A DNA stretch of 64,000 nucleotides. Source: an uncultured Candidatus Peribacteria bacterium. Lineage in GTDB: Bacteria > Patescibacteriota > Gracilibacteria > UBA1369. A program made the position numbers and the translations under genes. Positions within the stretch are counted from its first letter, which is position 1, and the number at the start of each line of letters is the position of its first letter. Below are positions 36,418 to 45,839 of the stretch, piece after piece. The DNA lies in assembly GCA_964624115.1 (NCBI GenBank), contig CAZUXI010000001.1:35548-99547 (forward strand), in the 5' to 3' direction. Below the pieces are notes generated by a model. That model had not been told where the DNA came from, did no database searches, and saw nothing but the letters and a program-made list of their open reading frames with translations.

Positions 36418-37287
36418 GTGGACTTTACTTTACCTTATTTTTTGGGGATGGAACAGATTTTTATCTTGGTAAAAGACCAGTTACAGTATTTTTTTCGCAG
36501 TAAAAAGGCGGTTATTTTTTCGCTCCTCTATTTAGTTGTTTTCCTTTTGGTTATTGAAGGATTCATTACTCTTCAAAGTCACTTTTTCCAAGAAGTGGAA
36601 AGGCAGGGAGTCAGTGATTTTCAGCGTGATTTCATGATGACTTTTGCAAGAATCAGTTTTCTTAATGGTTCTGATTCGAATGTTCTCTTAGATTTTCTTT
36701 TTACTGTTCCGGTCTTTAATATTGTTTTCTTTTTGGTTTCATTGGTTGGGACGCCGATACTGATAATTTTGCTCAACTTTGATCGTTTTTCCCAAGAGAT
36801 GAGGGATGGAACTTTCCGGTATTTGATTTTTCGGATACCAAAATTCCCGCGTTGGAAAATTTATGTTGCAAAGTTTCTCGGGAGTCTTCTTGAGGTTTTG
36901 TTTGCAACAGCGGTGGCTTTTATTTTGGCTTTGGTTTGGAGTGCAGTTCGTATTCAGGGGTTTGATTTTTGGTTAAGTTTCACATTGGGAGTTCGTTATC
37001 TTTTGATTGGATTGGTGTTTTTAAGCGCTGTGGTGAGTTATGTTCTCTTGTTTTCCGTGTGTTTTAAAAGGGTAAGCTTTGGCTTGTATGCAAGTATTGT
37101 TTTTTATTTTGTTTCATTGGTATTCCCCTGGTGGGTCCGTGGGTTTTCACTTTATGATCCAAGCTATATGGAAGGACTTTTTCATGCGGATTCGGTTCAA
37201 CTTACGCTTTCTTTACTTGCCTATTTTCTTTTTTCTCTCCTGTTTAATGGGCTGGGTTTCTTTATTTTTCATAAGCGGGATTTATGA
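36418..37287 (+). CDS. ABC-2-type transporter permease
   Basis: It has 6 predicted TM helices and overlaps the downstream ABC ATPase gene by 4 nt. Confidence 0.6.
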   Translation: MDFTLPYFLGMEQIFILVKDQLQYFFRSKKAVIFSLLYLVVFLLVIEGFITLQSHFFQEVERQGVSDFQRDFMMTFARISFLNGSDSNVLLDFLFTVPVFNIVFFLVSLVGTPILIILLNFDRFSQEMRDGTFRYLIFRIPKFPRWKIYVAKFLGSLLEVLFATAVAFILALVWSAVRIQGFDFWLSFTLGVRYLLIGLVFLSAVVSYVLLFSVCFKRVSFGLYASIVFYFVSLVFPWWVRGFSLYDPSYMEGLFHADSVQLTLSLLAYFLFSLLFNGLGFFIFHKRDL

Positions 37288-38171
37288 GTTTTGCACTTAC
37301 GGTTCACGGACTTAAAAAAAGGTATGGAGAAAAAATTGCTCTCAATGGTTTAAATCTCCAGGTGGAGCAAGGTGCGGTTTATGGATTTTTGGGAGTGAAT
37401 GGAGCGGGTAAAACCACCACGTTTAGTATTTTGGGTGGGTATATTCACAAAGACGAAGGTGAATTTTTGATTCAAGGAAAGTTGGCTTTACTTCCCCAGG
37501 ATGCAAAATTTTATCAAGGGAGGGATGTGTTTGGTCAGTTACTCATGATGGCGGAGCTCATGGGTATGCGGGGTGATGGGGCAAAAAAAGAGGTCCAAAG
37601 AGTTCTTGAGATTGTTGAATTGCAGAATGTTGGACCAATGTCACCCGAAAATTTTTCCCATGGTATGTATAAACGATTGGGTATTGCTCAAGCACTTCTG
37701 GGCGATCCTGACGTACTGCTTTTAGACGAACCAACTTCAGGATTGGATCCTGAACACGCTTTTGCTGTACGCAAGCTCATTGGGGATTTGAAAGGTGAAC
37801 GAACACTCATGATCAGTTCACATAATTTGGAGGAGATTGCCGCTATGTGTGAGGTGGTTGGGGTTATTGATCAGGGGATTATGATTTATGAAGGTGCACT
37901 TGAAGGAATAACCGGAAGAGGCTATACGGTGGATTTTTACCTTAATCAGGCTATTGACGACTTAAAACAGGCATTTTCTTGGCTTAAAAAGTGGGAATTT
38001 GATCGTGATTTATTGAAATTAAGGCTCCAGTATCATGGTGATCAAATAAGTATTGATAAGGTCAATGCACTCATATTTGAGTATCTTCGTGGGCAAGGGG
38101 TTGGTGTGCTTGAGATTAGCCAAGGGAAGAGTTTGGAAGAAGGTTTTTTAGATATTTTAGGGAAAAAATAG
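37284..38171 (+). CDS. ABC transporter ATP-binding protein
   Basis: Walker A GVNGAGKTT, signature-like FSHGMYKRL, Walker B LLLDEPTSGLD. Confidence 0.85.
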   Translation: MSFALTVHGLKKRYGEKIALNGLNLQVEQGAVYGFLGVNGAGKTTTFSILGGYIHKDEGEFLIQGKLALLPQDAKFYQGRDVFGQLLMMAELMGMRGDGAKKEVQRVLEIVELQNVGPMSPENFSHGMYKRLGIAQALLGDPDVLLLDEPTSGLDPEHAFAVRKLIGDLKGERTLMISSHNLEEIAAMCEVVGVIDQGIMIYEGALEGITGRGYTVDFYLNQAIDDLKQAFSWLKKWEFDRDLLKLRLQYHGDQISIDKVNALIFEYLRGQGVGVLEISQGKSLEEGFLDILGKK

Positions 38172-38251
38172 TGCTTTTGGGGGTGGATGGTATTGCTTCG
38201 GATCTTTATGATTTGAGACTGTGGAGAGCAAAAGGTCCATCCTTGTGTCTG

Positions 38252-38280
38252 TTGACTTTCGTTTCGTTTTTGCCTATAAA
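38252..38280 (+). promoter_or_regulatory. Sigma-70-like promoter for tRNA-Pro
   Basis: TTGACT (38252-38257), a 17-nt spacer, then TATAAA (38275-38280), about 38 nt upstream of the tRNA. Confidence 0.45.
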
Positions 38281-38317
38281 TGTGATGCTTCAGTGAAGGT
38301 AGTTTGAAGAATTTTTT

Positions 38318-38393
38318 CGGGGTTTGGCGCAGTTGGCTAGCGCGCCTGGTTTGGGACCAGGGGCCACAGGTTCAAGTCCTGTAACCCCGACCA
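38318..38393 (+). tRNA. tRNA-Pro (UGG), CCA encoded
   Basis: Acceptor CGGGGTT/AACCCCG, anticodon stem CCTGG/CCAGG with loop TTTGGGA, T loop TTCAAGT, A plus CCA. Confidence 0.9.
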
Positions 38394-38415
38394 TTTATAT
38401 TATAAAAATAGTAAT

Positions 38416-38850
38416 ATGCCACAAGTTACTTTTAATCTTTGGGCTATTTTGGTCAGTGCTGTTGCAAGTATGATGATTGGTACAGTTTGGTATTCCAAGG
38501 TGATGTTTGGTCCAACTTGGGCGAAACTTATGGGCTTTGATATGAGTAAGAATCAGGATCAGGCGAAGTTGAAAAAAATGCAGAAAGAGATGACTTCGGC
38601 CTCGATTGTGATGATGCTTTCACTCATTGTTTTGGCCGTTGTGATGTCGATTTTTGTGGATTTTGCCTTGGCTCGCGATTGGATGTCCGGGGCTCTGGTG
38701 GGACTTTTAGCCTGGATCGGCTTTGTAGGGACCACTTCAGTGACAGGTGTTATGTTTGGTAAAAGATCTTGGACTCTTTGGGCAATTGATACGATGTATA
38801 TGCTCGTTTATTTTGTGCTTATTGGTGCGGTTACTGCTGCTTGGGCATAA
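38416..38850 (+). CDS. DUF1761-like small membrane protein
   Basis: LWAILVSAVASMMIGTVWYSKVMFGPTWAKLMG matches my recollection of the DUF1761 N-terminal pattern. It has 4 TM helices. Confidence 0.5.
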   Translation: MPQVTFNLWAILVSAVASMMIGTVWYSKVMFGPTWAKLMGFDMSKNQDQAKLKKMQKEMTSASIVMMLSLIVLAVVMSIFVDFALARDWMSGALVGLLAWIGFVGTTSVTGVMFGKRSWTLWAIDTMYMLVYFVLIGAVTAAWA

Positions 38851-38858
38851 ATCTGATG

Positions 38859-38894
38859 AAAAAAAAGACGCCCCGGCTCGGGGCGTCTTTTTTT
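38859..38894. terminator. Bidirectional intrinsic terminator
   Basis: A-run, then gacgccccg-gct-cggggcgtc (perfect 9-bp GC stem), then T7. It sits between convergent genes. Confidence 0.8.
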
Positions 38895-38907
38895 GTGCTG
38901 TAAATTT

Positions 38908-39558
38908 TTATTTGAGGTCGATAAAAATTTGTTCAGAAGCAAAACGTGATTTAGCATATTGTGCCGTTTTATCATTTTCAGATCGAAAACCGAAAGCACA
39001 TACAACTTTTGAAGTAAGATTTTTTTCTTTGAGGCCAAGAACTTCATCAAAGCCATCTGAACTGAATCCTTCCATTGGACAGGCGTCAATTTGACTCAGT
39101 GCTGCTGTTTCGAGAGCGAATCCAAGAGCAATGTAGACCTGTTTGGCTCCCCATTCGATAAGTTCAGTTGGGGTTTTTGTCTTGATAAAGCCTTTCATCA
39201 TATCCGCATAACCCGTGAGGACTTCCGGTGTAATCCCACGAATCTGGGCAGTGGATGCAATGTATTGATCGACATAAGCCTCATTCATCTGAGTGTGCGT
39301 GGCGAAAACAAAAAGGTGTGAAGCATTGGTAATCTGTGATTGATCCCAGGCAAGCGGGCGAAGTTTTTGGAGAATTTCTTGGTTTGAGATCACCAAAACT
39401 TTCCACGGCTGCAGGCCAAATGATGATGGAGCTAAACGGATTGATTCTTTCAGAAGGTTCACCTGATCATCCGTCAGTTTCTTGGTGGAGTCGAACTCCT
39501 TTGTGGCGTAACGCCATTTAAGCGCATTTTGAAGAGCTTCTGAAGTCATTATGTTCAT
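38908..39558 (-). CDS. NAD(P)H nitroreductase family protein (NfsB-like)
   Basis: ALKWRYATKEFD, IRLAPSSFGLQPWK and a C-terminal pattern typical of oxygen-insensitive nitroreductases. Confidence 0.8.
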   Translation of the reverse strand: MNIMTSEALQNALKWRYATKEFDSTKKLTDDQVNLLKESIRLAPSSFGLQPWKVLVISNQEILQKLRPLAWDQSQITNASHLFVFATHTQMNEAYVDQYIASTAQIRGITPEVLTGYADMMKGFIKTKTPTELIEWGAKQVYIALGFALETAALSQIDACPMEGFSSDGFDEVLGLKEKNLTSKVVCAFGFRSENDKTAQYAKSRFASEQIFIDLK

Positions 39559-39627
39559 ATTTTGTTAGGATAAATTGATTACTTTGAGCTTACCCTCAAT
39601 GCTTTACTTTGTAAAGTTGATATTCTC

Positions 39628-39948
39628 GTGAAACCATTTTATACTCCCGCTATGAAAGAACGATGTTTTCCTTGCCCCATTGCCAAAGTTGCTGAGCTTT
39701 TGTCTGACCATTGGACATTGCTGATTTTGCGTGACACTTTGGATAGTCCCAAACGGTTTCGTGAGCTTGAACAGTCACTCCAGGGGATTTCGACCCGAAC
39801 GCTTACTTCCAAATTAAAACGATTAGTTGAGCGGGGTGTTTTAGAAAAGACCGATGATGGACATTATACGATTACCCTCAAAGGAAAAGATCTGCGGAGC
39901 ATTTTAAGCGAAATGGCTGAATACGGGAAAAAACATTTCTCCGAATAG
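39628..39948 (+). CDS. HxlR-family transcriptional regulator
   Basis: CPIAKVAELLSDHWTLLILRDTL...FRELEQSLQGISTRTLTSKLKRLVERGVL. An ATG at 39652 is the more likely start. The gene is divergent from the nitroreductase, with an ACTTT-gt-AAAGT palindrome between them. Confidence 0.85.
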   Translation: MKPFYTPAMKERCFPCPIAKVAELLSDHWTLLILRDTLDSPKRFRELEQSLQGISTRTLTSKLKRLVERGVLEKTDDGHYTITLKGKDLRSILSEMAEYGKKHFSE

Positions 39949-39972
39949 ATCCATATCAATAATATTTGCATC

Positions 39973-40548
39973 ATGAATAAAGTTCTCGGCGATACCAAGA
40001 TGTTAACACCAAAACAGGCTCAAGAACTTCTGAGTACTTTAAAGGCTCGTTTTGAAAAAAATATGTTCCGGCATAAGGGACTTGAATGGTCTCAAATACA
40101 GGCAAAGCTGGAAACGTGTAGTCAAAAACTTTGGTCACTGAATGCAATGGAAAGTACTGGCGGTGAGCCAGATGTGGTTGGATATGACAAGAAAACCGGC
40201 GACTATATTTTTTTTGACTGTTCAGCAGAAAGTCCTAAGGGCCGGAGAAGCTTTTGTTATGACCGCAAGGCGTTGGATTCACGAAAAGAACATAAACCCA
40301 AAAACAGCGCTTTGGATGCGGCTGCAGAGATGGGCGTTGTACTTTTAAATGAAGAACAGTATCGGGAATTGCAGGCACTTGGAGAGTTTGATACAAAAAC
40401 TTCCAGTTGGGTAGAAACTCCTGCTGAGATTCGAAAACATGGTGGTGCGATCTTTTGTGATCGTCGCTATGATCATGTTTTTACCTACCATAATGGGGCT
40501 GAATCTTACTATGCTGCGCGAGGATTTCGTGGATCCTTAAGGGTTTAA
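39973..40548 (+). CDS. DUF4256-like protein
   Basis: 191 aa, with WSLNAMESTGGEPDVVGYD...YIFFDCSAESPKGRRSFCYD. The family assignment is from memory. Confidence 0.5.
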   Translation: MNKVLGDTKMLTPKQAQELLSTLKARFEKNMFRHKGLEWSQIQAKLETCSQKLWSLNAMESTGGEPDVVGYDKKTGDYIFFDCSAESPKGRRSFCYDRKALDSRKEHKPKNSALDAAAEMGVVLLNEEQYRELQALGEFDTKTSSWVETPAEIRKHGGAIFCDRRYDHVFTYHNGAESYYAARGFRGSLRV

Positions 40549-42335
40549 AATCCGCCTAAATCGGTTGATTTGTAGATCGGTTTTATTCCTTCCGCTTGGA
40601 GAAATTCACTGAATGGTTTTAGATTTTCAGCTTCATAGCGTACCTTGAATTTTTGAATATCTTCTGGCTTGTGAATTGCTGGATCCAAAATGAGTTTTTC
40701 TACGGGAATTGGTCGGTCTTTGGATATTTTTGCATCGATAAGGACTGTGTACCCTGCTTTTCGGGCCTGTTCGGCCTGATCAAAAATTGTTGTTAAGTCT
40801 TCAATTTTTCTGGCGGTGTAGGACTTTGCTCCCATGGCTTCCGCCACTTTTGCGTAGTCGACATCCATAAACTCCACCCCTAAATATCCTGTATTGGTAT
40901 CTTCCTGTTCATCTTTAATGAAACCGAATTGAGCGTTGGCAAAAACGATATTTACGATGGGAAGTTTGTATTGAACCTGGGTTGCGAGGTCTTGCATCAC
41001 CATTTGAAAAGCGCCATCACCTGAAAGTGACCAGACTTGGCGATGAGGGAAATCGAGTTTCGCTGTAATTGCACCGGGTAGGCCAATCCCCATGGTCGCA
41101 AAGAGATTTGATGTACGCCACATTTGCTTTGGGTTCATGTGCAAATGACGAATTGACGTTTGAGTTACGTCACCCACATCGACTGAGAAAATTGCGTCTG
41201 TTTCAGCGTGTTGGTTAATGGCGTTATAAACCTGGTACAGATGCAAATCTCCTGAAGTTTTTGTTTCAAGATTTTTCACATACTCATTCCAGTTTTTTAC
41301 ATTGTTCACATTTGCTCGCCACCAGGGAGTTTCTGCTTTTTCCTCTACCATTTTGATGAGTTCTCTGACGGCATCACCTGCGTCGGCTAAGATGGTTACA
41401 TCGTTTGAATGTCGTTTTCCCAGGTTCGCGAGATTAATATCGATTTGGATGAAGTTTTTGACGTTTTCAAAAAGATTGGTTACTTCGGCGAAAGGGTAAT
41501 TGTTTCCAATAAAAACGACGGTCTCTGCGTTTGGAAATGCCTCATTGGCGGGCTTCGTGGCGACACGATTTGCTGAACCCAGCATTGCTTCGTAATCAGC
41601 GGGGAAATTGTCAAAATTTATTGCGGTAATGGCAATTGGGGCTTTGATTTTTTGGGAAAGTTTTATTACGTCTTCACCTGCACCACGAGTTCCGATACCG
41701 GCATAGAGAATTGTTTTTTCGGATTGGTTGAGGATTTTTGCTGCTGCTTCGAGATCGGCCAAATTTAGGGTTGGATTTGGGTATTTTCGATGCGCGTTCG
41801 CGCTGGAGTAAAATTTCCTTGCTGGAATATCTTTCCAGCCGAGATCTACTGGTAATTGGACTACGGCTACCCCCCTTTTGGCGTAAGCTTGGCGAATTGC
41901 TTCATCAATCACATGAGGCAACTGTTCGGCTGTCATGACAGTTCGGTTGTAGATCGAGACGTCAGCGTATATTGGGTTTTCGTTCATTTCCTGAAAAGCG
42001 TCCATGTTCATTCCGGTTGTTGAGAACTGCCCGATAATAGCGAGGACTGGCATATGGTCTTCACGGGCGTCGTATAAGCCGTTGAGGAGGTGGGTTCCTC
42101 CAGGGCCTGCGCTCCCAAAACAAACGCCGAGGTGGCCGGTAAACTTGGTATGCATGCTGGCGGCCATGGCTCCTACTTCTTCGTGGCGCACTTGGATGTA
42201 GTTGATTTTGTCTTTCTCAGCTAAAAGGGCATCCATGAGCGTGTTTATTGAGCCGCCGGGAATACCGTAAATGTGTTTTACTCCCCACTCCTCGAGTACT
42301 TTTACTGCGGCGATGCCGGATTTGATGGTTTCCAT
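40545..42335 (-). CDS. spxB: Pyruvate oxidase (TPP/FAD-dependent, Lactobacillus Pox/SpxB type)
   Basis: It contains long stretches I recognise from lactic-acid-bacterial pyruvate oxidase: YGIPGGSIN, YIQVRHEEVGAMAA, CFGSAGPGGTHLLNGLYDAREDHMPVLAIIGQ, FQEMNENPIYADV, and the TPP motif GDGAFQM. Confidence 0.85.
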   Translation of the reverse strand: METIKSGIAAVKVLEEWGVKHIYGIPGGSINTLMDALLAEKDKINYIQVRHEEVGAMAASMHTKFTGHLGVCFGSAGPGGTHLLNGLYDAREDHMPVLAIIGQFSTTGMNMDAFQEMNENPIYADVSIYNRTVMTAEQLPHVIDEAIRQAYAKRGVAVVQLPVDLGWKDIPARKFYSSANAHRKYPNPTLNLADLEAAAKILNQSEKTILYAGIGTRGAGEDVIKLSQKIKAPIAITAINFDNFPADYEAMLGSANRVATKPANEAFPNAETVVFIGNNYPFAEVTNLFENVKNFIQIDINLANLGKRHSNDVTILADAGDAVRELIKMVEEKAETPWWRANVNNVKNWNEYVKNLETKTSGDLHLYQVYNAINQHAETDAIFSVDVGDVTQTSIRHLHMNPKQMWRTSNLFATMGIGLPGAITAKLDFPHRQVWSLSGDGAFQMVMQDLATQVQYKLPIVNIVFANAQFGFIKDEQEDTNTGYLGVEFMDVDYAKVAEAMGAKSYTARKIEDLTTIFDQAEQARKAGYTVLIDAKISKDRPIPVEKLILDPAIHKPEDIQKFKVRYEAENLKPFSEFLQAEGIKPIYKSTDLGGF

Positions 42336-42406
42336 GATAATTGGGAAATTTGTTTATCATAGAATTATACGCTAATTTTGCTGAATTAGCATGTCAAAAG
42401 GATGAA

Positions 42407-43906
42407 TTATATGCTCTTGAGCACTATTTCCGTTGCCACTTGATTTGAGTAGTTCCAGCTCCGCCAATCCTTAAAGATATTATTATTTGCCCTTCGCTTA
42501 AAAACACTCTTCACCTCATCTCTGAATTCATCAGTATATTTTTGATAGTCCGGGGAAGAAGGATCGAGTACACGGGCCATCTCTGGAATTGCATCGTCTG
42601 ATAAATCACTTAAATAAAGAATATCCAACTTGCCCGTCTGGGGGAAAATATTAATGTTTTGTCGCGTAATAAATGCATCTGGATTAAAAATATTTAATCC
42701 GATGAAAGAAATTACGGTGACGACCATTGAGGCGAAGGCAAAATCTTTTTCGTGAGCATCTCGAATAATTTTCACTAATAAAATTAGAAAAATCATTGCT
42801 AAAAATACCACAAAGAGTTGGCTATATAACCTCAACTCTGTAAAACCATAAGCATTTTCGTAGAGCATTAAGCGTTTAAATGCTGAAACCATAATGACAC
42901 CGATTTCAACTATAAAAATTCCGCTTAACCATTTAAAAACAGGAAAGTGTTTTTTCTCGTTTTTTGTTACCACTTTTTCCAGGGTCATCAAAATGAGAAA
43001 TGAAATTACCGCCACTTGAATCAGTTCAAAAAAACCTCTCCTGGCATATTCGGAATAGGTAAATCCTTGAAAGGAGATGTTGCTCTCGGCACCGAAGAAA
43101 TATGCAAATTGAATAATGATAAAAAGCAAAAAGAGTACATTGATTAATCCTAAAAAAATAGAACTTTCAACCTTTCCAAATTTTGTTTTTATAAAACCAT
43201 TTTTAAACTCCTTTGAAACGGGATCTGCAATGTTCTGAGGTAGAAGTATAAATCCAAACAGGCCCAACAGCACAAAAATTGTTCCCAGAATTATGAATAA
43301 TCTCATTACGGTCTCACCATGAATCTGGAATGAAAACATTTGTTTCAACATGCTGCTGAAAACCAAATCTGCTGAGGCAAATAAGGCGATAAACAAAAGT
43401 AAGACCGGCAATGCAACCAAAATACCACGCATTACTTGAGACGCCGTTTTGTGATTTTTTATCAATGTTCTCAGCTTTAAAAATTCTCCAATAAAATTTA
43501 CCGCTTTTTGAAAAATTTCGAGCGGAACACCTATTATCGTCTTTATATAGTCCGTAATCATCAAGTCACGAATTTTTTTCTTTAACAATTTTTCTAACAA
43601 TAAAATCGCTAAGAAGAACACCATCAAAGTATTTACATTGAGCAAAACTTCACTGCGTCGAATAGCTAAAAAACTTGCAAAAATCATCATTCCCAGTGCA
43701 AACCAATAGCTTTCTTTTGGCACCTTCATTTTAAAACCACGGAGAAGCCCAAAACCGCTCAGTAAAATAATCGCAATATAAATGGGAAAATTCAGCCCAG
43801 AAATTACCTGGCCGTAAAAAAAGTAATCGACCAAAGTACCAACTCCAGCGGCCACTCCTAAGGTCACTAAGATTTTTTTTACCCCAAGTTCTTTCACTTT
43901 ATCCAT
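42407..43906 (-). CDS. Polytopic membrane protein (DUF4153/DUF4173-like)
   Basis: It has more than 10 TM helices. The family call is from memory only. The ATG is at 43906; the ORF track starts at TTG 43915. Confidence 0.4.
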   Translation of the reverse strand: MDKVKELGVKKILVTLGVAAGVGTLVDYFFYGQVISGLNFPIYIAIILLSGFGLLRGFKMKVPKESYWFALGMMIFASFLAIRRSEVLLNVNTLMVFFLAILLLEKLLKKKIRDLMITDYIKTIIGVPLEIFQKAVNFIGEFLKLRTLIKNHKTASQVMRGILVALPVLLLFIALFASADLVFSSMLKQMFSFQIHGETVMRLFIILGTIFVLLGLFGFILLPQNIADPVSKEFKNGFIKTKFGKVESSIFLGLINVLFLLFIIIQFAYFFGAESNISFQGFTYSEYARRGFFELIQVAVISFLILMTLEKVVTKNEKKHFPVFKWLSGIFIVEIGVIMVSAFKRLMLYENAYGFTELRLYSQLFVVFLAMIFLILLVKIIRDAHEKDFAFASMVVTVISFIGLNIFNPDAFITRQNINIFPQTGKLDILYLSDLSDDAIPEMARVLDPSSPDYQKYTDEFRDEVKSVFKRRANNNIFKDWRSWNYSNQVATEIVLKSI

Positions 43907-44009
43907 ATTTTTCAATTATAAAATAAAGTCTCTTTGTTTTTAAAACTGAATACATTTATTTGTATTACACTGCGTCACCATGGTTTACCTTTGATGTACT
44001 CATAACTTC

Positions 44010-44038
44010 TTGACGCCATATACCCCTAGGGGTATGAT
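44010..44038 (+). promoter_or_regulatory. Promoter with an embedded perfect 16-bp palindrome (CsoR/CstR-type operator candidate)
   Basis: TTGACG (44010-15), 17 nt, then TATGAT (44033-38). ATACCCCTAGGGGTAT (44020-44035) occupies the spacer and the -10 element. Confidence 0.6.
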
Positions 44039-44318
44039 AATTTTGCTCTTTAATATTCTTTTTGTGCAACAGAATTGTAAAAAAATCATTGATCATATCA
44101 GTCGGCTTGAAGGACAATTGGCTTCGATAAAAAGAGAATTGCAGAGGAATGAAATCGATTGTTCGAAAGCCAGCAAAGTCTTACTGGCCGCTTCACGGTC
44201 GTTTGCGACATTGAGGCTCAATTTTGTAAAAACGTTCCTCGCAACCAAATATCAACTTGATACCGATAACGATAAATCCAAAACGCTGGAAGATCTTTTG
44301 GCTATTGTTAAAGGATAA
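44034..44318 (+). CDS. CsoR/RcnR/CstR-family (DUF156) repressor
   Basis: KKIIDHISRLEGQLASIKRELQRNEIDCSKASKVLLAASRSFATLRLNF. The start is uncertain: ATG 44034 lies inside the -10 element, and an in-frame GTG at 44064 is an alternative. Confidence 0.7.
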   Translation: MIILLFNILFVQQNCKKIIDHISRLEGQLASIKRELQRNEIDCSKASKVLLAASRSFATLRLNFVKTFLATKYQLDTDNDKSKTLEDLLAIVKG

Positions 44319-44337
44319 CTTTAGTAACTTCAATTTT

Positions 44338-44859
44338 ATGAAAAGTGTCACGATCCAGGCATTTAAGGAAATTCTTGATTTGGAAAAAAATAATAAAGAT
44401 GTGGCTTTTATTAATGTTTGTACTCCCACGGAATATAAAGAAAAGCATATTCCTGGCGTCAAAAACATTCCACTTGATGAGCTTGAATTGCGTATCAATG
44501 AGCTCAAAAATAAAACAAAAATTTATGTTCATTGCATTTCCGGTCGTCGAAGCAGCAGAGCGATTGAAAAACTTTCTGAACTTAACATTGATGCGGACCT
44601 GGTGAATGTAGAGGGAGGAATTTTGGCCTGGGAAGGTATTAATTTACCTACGAAATCGATAGGAAAACGTCTTCCGATCATTCGACAAGTTATGATATCC
44701 GCCGGATTTCTTGTTTTCCTTGGAATTGCTTTAAGTTTCACTGTTCACCCATACTTTCTTTTCCTCAGTGCCTTTATTGGTGGAGGTTTGATATTTGCCG
44801 GGATTACCGGTTGGTGCGGTATGGCGGTTTTATTATCGAAAATGCCCTGGAATAAATAA
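44338..44859 (+). CDS. Rhodanese domain fused to a YgaP/DUF2892-like membrane tail
   Basis: Active-site loop VHCISGRRS, followed by two TM helices with GWCG. Confidence 0.75.
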   Translation: MKSVTIQAFKEILDLEKNNKDVAFINVCTPTEYKEKHIPGVKNIPLDELELRINELKNKTKIYVHCISGRRSSRAIEKLSELNIDADLVNVEGGILAWEGINLPTKSIGKRLPIIRQVMISAGFLVFLGIALSFTVHPYFLFLSAFIGGGLIFAGITGWCGMAVLLSKMPWNK

Positions 44860-44875
44860 TTCATAACCATATTTT

Positions 44876-45778
44876 ATGTCTTCATTTGATCTTTCAAAAA
44901 AACCAAAAGTTCAAGCTTTTTTTGACCAAAGAACTTTTACGGTGAGTTATGTGGTATGGGATGAAAATACCCGACATGCTGCGGTGATTGATAGTGTCCT
45001 TGATTATGAACCGAATGGGGCACTTATTTACCACGAAAGTGCAAATAAACTCATTGATTTTATCAACGAAAACCATTTGCAACTTGTGTGGATTTTGGAG
45101 ACTCATGCCCATGCTGACCATTTGTCCGCCGCCAGCTATTTAAAGCAAAAACTCGGAGGAAAAATTGCCATTGGTGAGAAAATTACTGAAGTTCAAAAAT
45201 ATTTTTTTGAAATCTTTGAACTTGAGGAGGGTTTTAAACCTGACGGTAGTCAATTCGACAAACTCCTCACCGATGGAGAGAAGTTTATGTTAGGAGAAGT
45301 TCCCGTGACTGTCCTCGCAACACCCGGTCACACCCCTGCGGATTATACCTTTGTGTTTGGTGATGCCGTCTTCCCCGGAGATACCCTCTTTATGCCAGAC
45401 TTTGGTAGTGCTCGATGTGACTTTCCCGGTGGCAGCGCCGAAAACCTTTTCGATTCGGTCCAGAAAATCTTTGATTTGCCGGAATCGATGCGAATGTTTA
45501 TGTGTCATGATTATTTACCTTCTGGCAGGACCGAATATGCCTGGGAAACTACCATTGGTGAAGAGAAAAACAGGAATATTCATCTTAAAATAGGTACCAG
45601 CAAGGCTGAATTCACCCATATGCGACATGAACGTGACGCTACACTGGATATGCCAAAACTTATCATTCCTTCACTCCAAGTGAATATTTTGGCAGGTGAA
45701 TTGCCACTCAGCACTAAAACCGGGAGGCCGCTCCTTAAGGTTCCTGTTAATAGTGTGTTTGCAAAGAGTTCCATTTGA
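44876..45778 (+). CDS. MBL-fold persulfide dioxygenase (ETHE1/Blh-like)
   Basis: ETHAHADHLSAASYL, ATPGHTPADY and FPGDTLFMPDFGSARCDFPGG are typical of the long bacterial PDO/Blh group. Confidence 0.7.
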   Translation: MSSFDLSKKPKVQAFFDQRTFTVSYVVWDENTRHAAVIDSVLDYEPNGALIYHESANKLIDFINENHLQLVWILETHAHADHLSAASYLKQKLGGKIAIGEKITEVQKYFFEIFELEEGFKPDGSQFDKLLTDGEKFMLGEVPVTVLATPGHTPADYTFVFGDAVFPGDTLFMPDFGSARCDFPGGSAENLFDSVQKIFDLPESMRMFMCHDYLPSGRTEYAWETTIGEEKNRNIHLKIGTSKAEFTHMRHERDATLDMPKLIIPSLQVNILAGELPLSTKTGRPLLKVPVNSVFAKSSI

Positions 45779-45839
45779 TGGTTCGCAAAAATATACTTTG
45801 GTGTTAGATTTCAAACAGTTCTTTCTTGAATGTTTTATC

